Counted from the stretch's first letter, positions 11,030 through 23,347 are shown. The stretch: 64,000 nt of DNA from an uncultured Nitrososphaerales archaeon (GCA_963713605.1 CAVQMO010000010.1:576001-640000), one strand, 5' to 3'. Notes: generated from the sequence alone by a model not told the origin. A program made the numbers and translations.

Positions 11030-12078
11030 ACCGGAGTAATCGGTGTGAATCTTAATCCATCTGCTTCGTTGAACCCGAACATCACGTTCATATTTTGAAT
11101 TGCAGACCCAGCAGCGCCTTTCATCAAATTATCTGATGCTGATAATGCTACAATTCTCTTGTTGTCCTCATCGATGTCAAAACCGATATCGCAAAAGTTT
11201 GAGCCAATAAGAAACTTGGGATCCGGGAATTTGTACAGTCCCTTTTTATCTCTTATTAGTCGTACGAACTGTTCAGTATTATATGATGCACGATAAATTT
11301 TCCATAGCTCCAATTCCGTGACCACTTTTTTCATAAAAACGTGGTTAGTTGTAAGTATTCCTCTTACAATGTTAACGGCGTGAGGGCTCATGCTTACTTT
11401 TATAGGGCTCTTTGTGACTGCTTCCAATTCCTGTTTTATCTCTGCCGTGTGTCTATGTTTGGCTGGTTTGTATGGTCGTATTACTCCGTAACGCATGGCA
11501 TGATGCGTACCTGCGTTTTCAGTTGCACCGGCTCCCGATGAGCCAATCTTACTATCAACTATGATGTGGTCCGTGTCAATTAGATCTTTTTCAACAAGGG
11601 GTCTTATCGATAGAAGTGACGTTACAGCCATGCATCCTGGGCAAGAAACTAATCTTGACTCCTTTATTTTTTCCCTATTGTATTCCGGAACTCCATATGT
11701 AGATAGAGAGAGCATTTCGGGGAAAGGATGCTCCCATCCGTACCATTTGACGTAATCCCTAGGATCCTTTAGACGAAAATCAGCCGAAAGGTCAATAATT
11801 CTCATACCGCGATCATAGAGATCCTTAACAATACTACTTGATTTGCCATGCGGGAGTGAGGTAAAAACTAGATCGCATTTATCAGATAGCTTTTTTGTAT
11901 CTAGGTTTGAAAAAGTTAGATCTATGAACCCCTTAAGACTTGGATGAACGCGATGAACAAGCTCACCAGCTCTCTGTCTAGAAGTTATCATATTCACCTC
12001 AACTTTTGGGTGAGTAGATAACAGCCGCAGAAGCTCACCACCTACGTAACCTGATGCTCCGATAACACCTACCTTCAT
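11026..12078 (-). CDS. lysY: [LysW]-aminoadipyl/glutamyl-phosphate reductase
   Basis: GASGYVGGEL, DLSADFR, PGC, GSSGAG, HRH, DNLMKGAAG (argC/lysY). Confidence 0.94.
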   Translation of the reverse strand: MKVGVIGASGYVGGELLRLLSTHPKVEVNMITSRQRAGELVHRVHPSLKGFIDLTFSNLDTKKLSDKCDLVFTSLPHGKSSSIVKDLYDRGMRIIDLSADFRLKDPRDYVKWYGWEHPFPEMLSLSTYGVPEYNREKIKESRLVSCPGCMAVTSLLSIRPLVEKDLIDTDHIIVDSKIGSSGAGATENAGTHHAMRYGVIRPYKPAKHRHTAEIKQELEAVTKSPIKVSMSPHAVNIVRGILTTNHVFMKKVVTELELWKIYRASYNTEQFVRLIRDKKGLYKFPDPKFLIGSNFCDIGFDIDEDNKRIVALSASDNLMKGAAGSAIQNMNVMFGFNEADGLRFTPITPV

Positions 12079-12398
12079 ATACTATTTTCATCAGTATAAT
12101 CTTTTTAATCGGTTTATGAATTTTTATATCTTGATCCTGTGTAGAAGGGGTATAATTAACACCCAACTATCTCATTTATTCGAGCAAATCATAGACCGAT
12201 ACATCGTTTGCCTCTTTTTGTGGCTATGAATGTCTATATTAAGTCCTCAACATCATATTCGCGGGTCATTCTTTTCAGTGCCTGACTTTATGCAATGAAA
12301 CCATTAGAGTAAATCATGATGAAAATCTTCACTTTTCCATGACGTAACATTTTATTGGAATTCGAGATACATCTGCAGAATCTGATGATTGGTCTAGC

Positions 12399-12418
12399 AA
12401 GAATTTGCACAAATTCTT
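12399..12418. other. Inverted repeat in the argG-lysY spacer
   Basis: AAGAATTTG-CA-CAAATTCTT, perfect 9-bp arms about 60 bp downstream of the argG stop. Confidence 0.45.
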
Positions 12419-12475
12419 ATTTCATTAAGTATCATTCACCAAATTTGTCAGAATGCACATCGCTACAATCTTCGC

Positions 12476-13675
12476 TTACGATTCGGAGCTTGACATTATT
12501 TGGTTAGAAACGACTGATTGTTTTCCCCATAATTCTATGAAACCCTTTGCAAGCCTTTGATCAAAAACTGATCGGCTGGAATAGGTAGCTACCGCTGGAT
12601 CGTAAATGGCATTTTTTGAGCTCCTTCCTACGACTCGACAAGAGCCATTTTGAAGTTTTAGTTTCACTTTTCCATTTACCCTTGATTGAACTGTATTTAT
12701 GAATTCATCCAAATCTCTTCTCAAAGGTTCAAGCCAAAGACCTGCGTAAACTAGCCAGCTCCATTTTTCTTCTATTATTCGCTTAAAATTGATCTCATGA
12801 TCAGTAAGAACTAAATTTTCAAGATCTTTGTGACATTCAATAAGTGAAATAGCAGCAGGTGCTTCGTAGACCTCGCGAGACTTTATACCTACAATCCGAT
12901 TCTCAATTAAATCAACTATACCTATCCCATGAGAGCCCGCTATCTTGTTCATTTCTACAATTAAATCTTGTAGCTTAAGCAGATTACCATCCAGTGCTAT
13001 TGGTACGCCTGATTTAAACTCAATCTCCACGTATCTTGCTTCACTGGAACGGTTTTTGACAAAGTGAAATATGTTTTCAGGGGGTTCTATGCTTGCGTCC
13101 TCCAATTCTCCGCCCTCAATGGCCCTCCCCCACAAGTTAACATCAATACTGTACTTTTTCGCTTCCAACGAGATGGGTATTTTTTCCTCCATGGCAAATT
13201 TGAGCTCTTCGTCACGAGTCAAATTCATGTCTCTTATGGGAGCTAGGATATAGAGCTCTGGATTAAGTGATTTTATAGTTATATCAAATCTAACCTGGTC
13301 GTTCCCTTTACCAGTACATCCGTGTGCTACTACGTTTGCACCTTCATTTGACGCCACTTCGACCAATTTTGAAGCTATTAGTGGACGAGCCAAAGCAGTT
13401 GCTAGTGGATACTTTCCCTGGTAGAGCGCATTCGCTCTAATGGATCTGCTAACATAGTCGTTTGCAAATTCTTCAGTTGAATCAATGTGAATATGCTTAG
13501 AAGCTCCAACCGCAATAGCCCTATTCTCGATTTCATTAAAGTCTTCATCTTGGCCACAATCCACTGTTACGGTCGTAACTAGAGCATCATGAAACTTCTG
13601 CAAATACCTTATGCATACAGATGTATCTAGACCTCCTGAGTATGCTAGAACAACTTTTTTCTTGACCATTACCAA
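12476..13675 (-). CDS. argG: Argininosuccinate synthase
   Basis: LAYSGGLDTS, HGCTGKGNDQVRF, GIKSREVYEAPAA. Confidence 0.96.
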   Translation of the reverse strand: MVMVKKKVVLAYSGGLDTSVCIRYLQKFHDALVTTVTVDCGQDEDFNEIENRAIAVGASKHIHIDSTEEFANDYVSRSIRANALYQGKYPLATALARPLIASKLVEVASNEGANVVAHGCTGKGNDQVRFDITIKSLNPELYILAPIRDMNLTRDEELKFAMEEKIPISLEAKKYSIDVNLWGRAIEGGELEDASIEPPENIFHFVKNRSSEARYVEIEFKSGVPIALDGNLLKLQDLIVEMNKIAGSHGIGIVDLIENRIVGIKSREVYEAPAAISLIECHKDLENLVLTDHEINFKRIIEEKWSWLVYAGLWLEPLRRDLDEFINTVQSRVNGKVKLKLQNGSCRVVGRSSKNAIYDPAVATYSSRSVFDQRLAKGFIELWGKQSVVSNQIMSSSES

Positions 13676-13902
13676 CGCATGCGATTTATGACTCTAGATT
13701 TATGTTTTTTGGTCTTAAACCATCTCTTAGATAGGCAAGTCATAGTCTATTCGGCCCGACCGTCAACCAATCATAAGGTATTTTCTCCCCTGAGTATCCT
13801 TTTACTAGTTCGGTTTTGGGAAATACTATCGCGCAATTGAAACCTTTTTGTGTACCAGTTAAGCTCAGAACAGATTTATCATCCGCAGGTCGTTAGGTTA
13901 TC

Positions 13903-14806
13903 GTGTATAGAAGATATACATTTGAACAGGTCAAAAGGAAAATCTTCACAATTCTCGAGTATCAAGCGACAGGAATGTCTGGCGTAGAACTGGCGAACAA
14001 GACTGGTATTAATAGAATGACGATTACCAAGTATCTGCATCTATTGTATTCAATTGGATTAATTAGAAAGAAGAAAATCGGCACAGTCAATATATGGTTT
14101 CTTGAATCCGGATTGAACTATCCTGGATCTTCTATCAATTACAACGATTTGGCAGCAGAGATTTATGAATGCACTTTTGGCCGGCAGTGATGAATTATCG
14201 TCGAAATTGATCATTAACGCAATGAACTCGGGCGCAGAAAAACTGAAGCTTCTTACAGATGTTTTCCTGCCTACAGTCAATACTGTTGGCGAACTTTACA
14301 GTAGAGGTAGACTTAACAGGACAGAGCGAATTAACCTTCAAAGTGTCTTAATAGAAATATTGGATTTCGTCAAGTATAGTATTTACAATGGGGAGAAGAG
14401 ACCTGATATTTCTGCGCTAATTATCTGTGGTTCTGAAGATGCGATTATACATTCAAAAATGATCGATTTGTCACTTCGCTTGGAGAATTGTGATACACGA
14501 TATATTGGCAATGTACAAGGTGCGCTTGATCCATTCTTCGATATCGATTTTCAACGCTACGTAACTAGATTATGGGGAAATAAAACCGGGCTCGTCATCT
14601 TGTGTATTTGCTCATCTGTAGAGAGTTCCCTTCGCTTTTTATATTCAGCGGCTCATGTGCTTCGGAGCAAGCTCGCGGCACGCCTCATCTTATGTTTGAT
14701 GACCAATAGTGAAATAAGGAATGCATATGATTTTGAAAACGCAGATCACGTTGCCGCTAGCCCGCTTGATCTACTCTTGTGGTTACGAGACTTGATTCAA
14801 AAATAA
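13903..14806 (+). CDS. wHTH regulator fused to B12-binding-like cap and Rossmann domains (frameshift at ~14151)
   Basis: N-terminal HTH (GMSGVELANKTGINRMTITKYL), then a helical cap (VFLPTVNTVGELYSRGRL) and an alpha/beta domain. An extra G before GCAGC splits the ORF. Confidence 0.7.
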
Positions 14807-15064
14807 TACTACCTGCCCCCCCATTTCACTCCTCAAAGACGTAATCGTCATACCACCCAGACACACAAATATTTCAAGTGTATTAGCTTATGAACATAAT
14901 ATTGGTATGATTATCAGGTTCTCTAGAGCTATCAATACTCGAAATAATTGTGCATGATCCGAAACTATGGGCAGTACAAAATTAAATTGATTCGGCGACT
15001 TGATCAATTACGATGTATTATCAATTTAATACTAATTGGAGCAAAAATAATACTACGCTTTAAT

Positions 15065-15883
15065 TTAAAAGCCTAGCTTTACCAATTGTTTAAGACCTTT
15101 CTTTTTGAAGCGTATAAAGGTTATATCCACTGGATATCGAGATATCAAAATATTCTGATTTGAATGAATCGGATATATTTCCTGTCCATCTATAATTAGG
15201 TTCGTGTCATGGTTGCTTTTAATAACGATATTCTCAACAGGAACGACAATACTAGGCATTCGATTAACTGAACCTACTGGAACAATTACTAAAGATTCCA
15301 GATTCCCTTGCAATAAGGGACCACCGAAAGAATAACAATGACCGGTAGAGCCGGTCGGAGTTGATACTGCGACACCATCCATTCTTTGATTAATTTCATC
15401 GTCTAAAGTTCTTATGGAGAAATATGGGGTTCTCATTACGTTCGATCTCGTGCAGAAGATCTCGTTTAATGCAGGAAAGGTTTGTTGTCCATTAGTGGCA
15501 GCAAAAATTCTGAGTCTTCTCTCCAAGAGGTAGTCGCCGCTGAGAATGTTGTGTATCGACTTTTCTATCATGTCTGCGCCTATCTCAGATAGAATGCCTC
15601 TATTTCCGCCAATATTCATGGGTAGGATCGGCGTGTTAGGTGGCATTCCTCTACACGCTCTCAGTGTAGTCCCATCACCGCCGATTGCAATCGCGATATC
15701 TATACTAGTTTTTGCTAACTCTGCATATGCTACTGGAATGGATCCATCAATGGTTAAAGGCAAGATTGAATATGAGCTGACGTCATGCGAACCTAAGATC
15801 TTGACGATAACTTGAGCAGTCTCCTGAGCTTCCTTGCTATTCAATTTTGTTGCAATGGCCACTCCGTGGATGTCATTAGGCAT
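15065..15883 (-). CDS. nadK: NAD kinase
   Basis: GGDGT, ALNE, DGVAVSTPTGSTG motifs. Confidence 0.9.
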   Translation of the reverse strand: MPNDIHGVAIATKLNSKEAQETAQVIVKILGSHDVSSYSILPLTIDGSIPVAYAELAKTSIDIAIAIGGDGTTLRACRGMPPNTPILPMNIGGNRGILSEIGADMIEKSIHNILSGDYLLERRLRIFAATNGQQTFPALNEIFCTRSNVMRTPYFSIRTLDDEINQRMDGVAVSTPTGSTGHCYSFGGPLLQGNLESLVIVPVGSVNRMPSIVVPVENIVIKSNHDTNLIIDGQEIYPIHSNQNILISRYPVDITFIRFKKKGLKQLVKLGF

Positions 15884-16016
15884 TCGCTAATGGAAAATAT
15901 CAGAGTATACACTTAAATGCATTTACATCTGCCACTTAAAAAATTGTTTCAATCTGTTTTCTTAGGGAACCCACACGAATAAATAACGCAGGATTTGAAC
16001 ATCAATACCACATAAT

Positions 16017-16090
16017 GGGCCGATAGCTCAGCTTGGTGGAGCGTTCGACTGATAATCGAAAGGTCGAGGGTTCAACTCCCTTTCGGCCCA
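16017..16090 (+). tRNA. tRNA-Ile(GAT), intronless
   Basis: Acceptor stem GGGCCGA/TCGGCCC+A, D-arm GCTC-AGCTTGGTG-GAGC, anticodon arm TTCGA-CTGATAA-TCGAA, T-loop GGTTCAACTCC. Confidence 0.96.
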
Positions 16091-16349
16091 TTGTATGTAT
16101 GACTTCATATATTTTTGAAGGCACTATTGTATCAATGTCTGTAGATAGAGGAACGAAGAGGGTATTGATAAATTTAATGCCAACTACTTTGACTATTACA
16201 GTTCGTCATATTACCGATTCGGTACCCATCAACAAAGCGCATTGGTCCGTATTCGAAGCAGATTGTACACCACAGACATCAGCAAAGTGCCGCTTATACT
16301 GTCTACATAAGGACTTTTTTCAAGTTAAATAGTTTGATGACTGCTAAAC

Positions 16350-16377
16350 ATTTAGAGGAGTTACCATTCCTCTAAAT
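16350..16377. other. Hairpin/inverted repeat downstream of tRNA-Ile
   Basis: ATTTAGAGGA-8 nt-TCCTCTAAAT, perfect 10-bp arms. Confidence 0.4.
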
Positions 16378-17129
16378 ATCTTTTTGACTATACCTCTTGC
16401 GATTATGGGTAAAGGACTTTCTCCAGCCGCTACTATGTCTGCATCACTAATTAAACTTTAACAACAATTATGTAGTTCGTTCGTCACCTATATTTAAAAG
16501 TTTCTGCTAATATCAGTATATACCATTCGTAGTGACTGGTGTTCAATTGTTAGACCCTCTCAGGATGTTTTGATCAAGATATTGCCAGATATACAATATG
16601 CAGTAGATTCCATGCATCTACTAGTTCATTTTTAGTATCTCTTAGTATAAGGCCTATCAATGATAAAAGACGGATTCTATTGAAGTGTTCCTGAATTTGT
16701 ACTTGGGTGCACTCGAGATAGGATATATGAGAGAACAGAAGATGGGATTATGTTAGATTTATACAAAGCTCACAATCACTTGTTCGTACGTCTCTGATTA
16801 ATTTAACACGATACAAACAAATTTGTATGAGTGATGAGCTGGGTAAAACCGGCTAACTCAGTGGTAAATCCTACTTACCCACTAAGTCTTTTAGTAATGA
16901 TACTATATAACTAATTATAAATTGGAAAATGGGTATTTTGATAGCAGATACTTTGTAAGAACTTACCAATCCAATGGCCGGCGCTTTACAAAAAAAAATA
17001 GGTTCGAAAGAAGGCAGAGAACAAAACCGGCTTTATGCGTTATTCCTCTAGTCAGAGATCTATGCGTACATACCTCCCTGAGAACATTCAATACTATTAT
17101 CGATACCTGCCAAAACATCTACACAATGC

Positions 17130-17567
17130 AGACATTGTTTACCAAGTGGATATACTCCCACGCAAACATGGCTAGCATTCTGAAAGAGCTGGAGTGGCTT
17201 TATTTTAGGTAAATTAAATGGTGAAGTTCAAGATATGAAGGAATATGTAGGACAATTTAGAAAGCTTTCTAAGGATTTAGGATATGAACCAAATGACTTT
17301 GCAGATACTTTTGCATCTGAATAAATAGATGAGATCGACAGAAAGTACTATTATGAGAATAATGAGGACGCCCTAATGATACGTTATGGAACCACCATAG
17401 GAGCTAAATTCTTGATTTTCAATTCAAGATCCTCTGATCCCTATCCTTGGCAGATTCGAGGAATCTGTCTACGCTGTCCAATTCAATCTTTGATTTGTTG
17501 TTTTCCTTCGTATCGGGGTTGGATTCCGATTATCTATTATACTAATAATTCATTTTTCGATAAATGA
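17130..17567 (+). pseudogene. Decayed hypothetical gene with in-frame stops
   Basis: One frame reads GYTPTQTWLAF*KSWSGFILGKLNGEVQDMKEYVGQFRKLSKDLGYEPNDF...*IDEIDRKYYY, with stops at 17181 and 17322; protein-like composition. Confidence 0.35.
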
Positions 17568-17773
17568 TATACAGAGGGGATCGCCAGAAAAGATTATCCA
17601 AAACAAGCTGACGCTGTAACTCTTACTAGATAAGTTTTGAAAAATTTTGCCTTGTATTGTATCTCAAGACTCTGAACTAGAATCAGGTCCAAATAATTTA
17701 GTTTATTACACAATATCAATTTACACCTAAATAATTCAAAGTGGCACACTAATTCCAAACGATTATAGTTATT

Positions 17774-19034
17774 ATGAGTCTTGCCCCACAGGAACTAGAA
17801 AATACTGCTAGCAAATTCGCTGCTGAAGCTATTAGCTTTGACACGCAGGGTTCTAGAGGAATGGCTATTCAATCCTATCAGAGAGCCATAGACGCATTGG
17901 TGAAATTAGTCCAAATATATCCAGAATATAGGCTAAATAGAGTATACAGAGAGCGAGCAAATGCATACCAGAATCGAATACGTACACTCCAGCTTTCGTC
18001 AGACCTTAATTCGAAAACCCCGGCTAGAATCATTTCCCCATTAACAAAGGATTCTACGGGTCAGGATTCTAACGAATTCCGTAATGAGAGAAAATCTAAG
18101 AATCAGTCTGTGAACTTCACACATCAAGGCTCCGCATCAGATTCAGCCACATCTTCAGATCCGAATTTCGACGATCTTGTGCTGAAAGAGAAGCCGCATG
18201 TGAGGTGGGATGAAGTGATTGGTCTAGACGACGCAAAACGAGCAATACGTGAGTCAATTGTCTATCCTACCAAACGTTCTGACCTGTTTCCCCTGGGATG
18301 GCCGCGAGGGATACTATTATTTGGCCCACCTGGTTGGCAAAACCCTGCTGGCGGCAGCCGCTGCTGCTGAAATTGATGGGTATTTCCTGAATGTCGATGC
18401 AGCCAGTATGATGAGCAAATGGCTAGGAGAAGCAGAGAAAAACGTATCTAAACTATTTATGCTGGCGAGGCGGCTCCAGGAGAATGAAGGTGTTCCCGTT
18501 CTTTTGTTTATTGATGAGATTGATTCATTACTCGGAACCAGAACTAGCGAAAACGGTGGAGAGGTACGAGTAAAGAATCAATTCCTTACTGAGATGGATG
18601 GTATAAATGTCAAGTTGAAAGATTCTCAGTTATATGTAATTGGAGCAACAAACAAGCCTTGGACATTAGAGTCAGGATTTCTTCGAAGGTTCCAGAAGCG
18701 CATCAACGTTTCACTTCCTTCTCTTCCATCTAGAGTAGACTTATTTCGTCAATATACTCGTCCTCTCAATCGTGAAAAAACGTTAAAACCAGACGATTTG
18801 GCCAAACTATGTGAGGGTTATAGTGCCAGCGACATAAAGGACATTTGTCAAGCTGCTCAGCTTAGGGTTGTTAACGAACTATTTGAAAGTGGCATGGCTA
18901 TGGATACCAATTCAAATCCGAGGACTATAAGTGTAGTCGATTTCAAAGAAATTTTTAAGGTTCGAAAACCTAGTGTTAGCGCAGAAATGCTAAAGGCTTA
19001 CGTTAAATGGAGTGACCAATTCAAAGCGCTTTAA
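17774..19034 (+). CDS. cdvC: Vps4-like AAA ATPase CdvC with MIT domain (frameshift at ~18336)
   Basis: MIT domain (MSLAPQELE...YQRAIDALVKL), GILLFGPPG/GKT, MSKWLGEAEKN, LFIDEID, GATNKPW, FLRRF. Confidence 0.92.
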
Positions 19035-19595
19035 GGATTCCTTGCTCGCATATCTGTCAGTCGCCTCCTTTATTTTTTGCCTTGCAATCTGATCATTGGC
19101 ATAGCCAACTACATTTACAAACTTTCCTGGTTCTAATTCTTTGTAATGTTCAAAAAAGTGTTTAACCCTATCCAATGTGCTGGCTGGAATATCTGATAAT
19201 TGTTTTGTATTCGAATAGGTTGGATCTACCTTCGGACTAGGCACAGAAATTATCTTGGAATCCTTTCCTTCCTCGTCCTCAGTTAACAATACTCCTAGAG
19301 GAGTCGCACGTACAACTGACAAAGGAAATAGGCTTTCCTCACCTAACAATAATACATCTACTGGGTCTCCATCTTCTTCCAATGTTCCAGGCAAAAACCC
19401 ATAGTTGAATGGATATACCATGGAAGTGTACAGTTTTCTATCCACAAACAAAACTCCTGTTTCGTGATCTAACTCGTACTTGATCCTGCTATCCTTAGGA
19501 ATCTCGACAACTACGTTAATTTCTCCTAAAGGTTCAGTCATTGCCGATATTTTATTTACAATAGACAATTTTGGTAACAAATCATTGTGAGACAT
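18990..19595 (-). CDS. ppa: Family I inorganic pyrophosphatase (true stop probably at 19031)
   Basis: KYELD, YPFNYGF, DGDPVD, HFFEHYKELEPGK. Confidence 0.95.
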   Translation of the reverse strand: MSHNDLLPKLSIVNKISAMTEPLGEINVVVEIPKDSRIKYELDHETGVLFVDRKLYTSMVYPFNYGFLPGTLEEDGDPVDVLLLGEESLFPLSVVRATPLGVLLTEDEEGKDSKIISVPSPKVDPTYSNTKQLSDIPASTLDRVKHFFEHYKELEPGKFVNVVGYANDQIARQKIKEATDRYASKESLKRFELVTPFNVSL

Positions 19596-19662
19596 TATTA
19601 TGTTTCTATTGAAGGCATGCCAAAAATATAAAGAGGGTTAAAGAAAGATTGCTGCCATAGAA

Positions 19663-22600
19663 TTGGATTTGCTTCCTACTTTCGACGCCAAAGCTATAGA
19701 AAAATTTGTAAAAGAACATTGGGAAAAAGTAAATCTAAAGCAACTTATCCAAAAAGAATTGGAAGCCCAAAACTCTCCTCTACTAGGCTTTATCGAAGGT
19801 CCTCCTACCATGAACGGAGACCCGCATCTCGGCCATTTACGGGGACGTGTTATAAAGGATGCATGGTTCAGGATTAAGACACTTCAGAAGAACAGGGTGG
19901 TGTTCCGGGCCGGTTGGGATACCCAAGGATTGCCAGTGGAGTTACAGGCAGAGAAGGAACTGGGTCTAACCGGTAGCAAGATCGAGAACATACAAAAAGT
20001 GGGTGCGGAGAGGTTAGTGCAGGCGTGTATAGATCTTATTCACAGATATAATGCCAAGTGGATCCAATCTGATAATTTACTTGGAATGTCATTTGACTAT
20101 TCAGGAGCATACTGGACCTACAAGGATGAATATATAGAACGGGAGTGGAGATATCTCCAAAGGGCTTGGGAACAAGGCATATTGAAGGAAGGTTTCCGCG
20201 TAGTACCCTTATTGTCCATCATGTCAAACTTCACTTAGTAACGCAGAAGTTAACCAGGGCTATGAAAATGTGGAAGATCCATCTCTCTATTACAAGGTCA
20301 GGTTAATAGACCAGAATGTATTTTTAGTAGTGTGGACAACAATGCCCTTCACGCTTGTTACCGACGAGTTAGTTGCCGTGAATCCTGATGCAAAATATGC
20401 ATATGTCAAAGTAGGTCAAGAGATTTGGGTCTTGGCGAGAGAAAGACTAGAAGAGCTATTTGACTATTTGGATATTCGGGAATTTGAAATAATGAAAATT
20501 GCATTAGGAAAGGAACTTGAAGGGCAAAGGTACATGCATCCTTTCCTGGCGATGATACCTGGACTAGAAACGTTAGCAAAAACAGGAAAAATACATTTAG
20601 TTGTCGCTGAAAGCTTTGTTGATACCAACACAGGGAGCGGGATAGTCCATTTGTCTCCAGCCAATGGAGAGATGGACTTTCAAATTGCTACGAAGCGGGG
20701 TATTCCTCTATTTTCTCCAATTGACGATAGAGTAATGCTTACAGAGGATGCAGGTATATTCAATCAGTTATTTGTTAGGGATGCTGATCCGCTTGTCATC
20801 GAGAAATTAAAATCTACCGGTCATTACGTTAAAGCAGGACGAATCAAGCATCAATACCCTACGTGTTGGCGTTCTCATCATAAATTGGTATGGTTAGCCA
20901 GACGGGAATATTTCTATATGACTGAATTTTTGGGCTCGAAACCCCTGGACGCAGCTCAAAGTGTTAGATATTTTTTCAACTCTTCTAGGAATAGATTCAT
21001 TGAGATAATCAAGGAAAAAGTACCGTGGTGCATTACCAGAGAACGATTGTGGGGAACTCCTCTTCCTATATGGTCGTGTGTAAATTGTAAAAAGAAGGAT
21101 TTGTTATATTCAAGAAAGCAAGTTGTAGAAAGGGCAATTAGTCTGCCAGACGGAGAACAATTTCCATTACACAGGCCCCAGTTGGATAGAATTAATCTTA
21201 AATGTGACTCGTGTGGGTCGATAATGCAGAGGGAGCAATTTGTTCTGGATACCTGGCACAATAGTGGAGCTGCTCCCTATGCTTCATTAACTGATTCTGA
21301 ATATTACGAACTTGTTCCAGTCCAGTTCCTTACTGAAGGAATTGATCAGACCAGAGGATGGGCCTATACGATGCTGCTAGAAAACATAATTCTATCTGGG
21401 CCGTCTATTCCCCCTTATCAATCATTCCTTTTTCAAGGTCACGTGTTAGATGAAAAGGGTAACAAAATGAGCAAGAGTTTGGGGAACGTAATCGACTCTA
21501 TACAGTTCCTAACCAATAATCCGGTGGACGTCATTAGATACTACTTCTTGTGGAAGTCTTCCCCCGCTGAATCCTTGAACTTCGATGTAAAAGAAATGTT
21601 GAGCCGACCCCATCAAATCATTAGCACCCTTTACTATCTACACATATATTTTTCTCAAAACAGTACTTATGACAAATACAATCCAAAAAGCCATAGTCTT
21701 GATTGGACAAAAAGTAGAAATCATTTATCAATTTCTGAAGTATGGATCCTGTCAAAGTTTCAAGATCTAATTTCCGATTTTACAGCGAGCTTTGGATGAA
21801 TGTAGATTTCATGAAGCAGCAAAATTGCTTGCGGAATTCATAATTAACTTTCTCAGTCAAACCTATATTCCTATTGTCCGGAATGATTTATGGGACGACA
21901 GTCAAGAATCGTGGGAAAGGCGAACATCTGTATACTCTGTGTTAAATTATATACTAAAAACCCTTGATATCATGCTTCATCCAATTTCTCCTTTCGTGAC
22001 GGAGTACCTATACCTGATGTGCTTTAAGGATAATGAAAGTGTAATGTTAGAGAAATGGCCACTGCCCAACAATGACTACGTGGATCGTGATGTGGAATCA
22101 GGATTTGATCTCCTGAAGAACGTTATTTCCCTTTCGAATGCAGCTAGAATGAAAGCCAAACTCAAACGAAGATGGCCCATCAATGAAGTTCTAATATTCT
22201 CCACCGATATTCGTTTTCTTAATAATCCTGACCTAATGGAAATCTTGAGAAACCAAATAAACGCCCAGAACTGTCGACTCATTGAGATTCCATCCTTCAA
22301 GTCTCAAACCTCAAAACTGAATTCGTTAATAGCAAAAGGGGCCCCAATCAATGTGGAGATGCATATACTTACAAAAAGCGTAGCACCAAGAGTTAAGAGC
22401 AAGATAACTCCTCTAGTACGAGATTTTGAGGAGATTGATAAGATCAAGGTCCTTCGTTCCTTGGATGCAGAAGGCAAGCTAACTGTTAATGTCTTGGATG
22501 AGAAGATCGAACTAGAGGAAAATGATCTTATTATGGAGTATTCCCCGTTAGATGGCTATTCAAGTGTAGAACTTGATGGTCTTGTAGTCTTTATTTCGAC

Positions 22601-22880
22601 CTCCCGATCGAATCACTTGATAAAGATGGGTTTTCTAAGAGATTTAGCTAGGAACTTGCAACAACTGAGAAAGGAACAAGGACGCAACCCTACTGACATT
22701 TTACCCGTTGCTCATGTAGCGGGACTTAGCGAATCAGAAATGAATGATCTTTCTCCGTTAAAAGATGAACTGAAATTCCTGGTAAGAGTCAACGATATTA
22801 TATTCTCATTGAACGCCTTAGATGGTGCTAACTATAAGACGATTGATTTAGATGGACGGCAATTCCTGATCTCTATATGA
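19663..22880 (+). CDS. ileS: Isoleucyl-tRNA synthetase (frameshifts at ~20207 and ~21788)
   Basis: EGPPTMNGDPHLGH, GWDTQGLPVE, WTTMP, EGIDQTRGW, KMSKS; three ORFs colinear with archaeal IleRS. Confidence 0.95.
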
Positions 22881-22977
22881 AAATTAACTGAGGGAAAGCA
22901 TGACAATCATGAACAATTTTAGCTTTCGGTCAAGTATTGTAAGCGTGGTAAATTAAATACAAAAAGCTGGAAAATGG

Positions 22978-23347
22978 ATGCCATTGATTAATAATAAGCA
23001 GATTGCTCTTGATAGCGGGCAGGTCACCTTAGATGAATGGCTCGTAGAGAGACTTCGAGTTAAACTAGCAAAAACTTCGCTTCTTGCCGGAAGACTACGC
23101 CGTCCAATTCTATTGTACAGAAAAACTATGGAAGAATCTGAGCAATCAGTCTGAGGAAGAAATCGCTACAGTCTCTAAAGATTTTATCATCGTGCAGGTA
23201 ATTGTATACGGTGGTTTTATTCCGCCAAATTTTCATCAGCAATATATTTTTACTCCAGACAAATTTGCATCATGGGTCATGCATCGCAGCCGTGAGCTAG
23301 TGATGCAATGCCTAGAAAATATTGAAGAGCTTTCTCAAAAGTCTTAG
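22978..23347 (+). CDS. Hypothetical protein (frameshift at ~23150)
   Basis: ATG at 22978 reads MPLINNKQIALDSGQVTLDEWLVERLRVKLAK...EESEQS and joins EEEIATVSKDF...YGGFIPPNFHQQY after removing the T in AG[T]CT. Confidence 0.6.

Noticed and set aside
16033..16332. 99-aa ORF
   Set aside because: Starts inside tRNA-Ile and has no recognisable protein features.
17774..19034. cdvC without adjacent cdvA/cdvB as a novelty
   Set aside because: Dispersed cdv genes are an established feature of this phylum.
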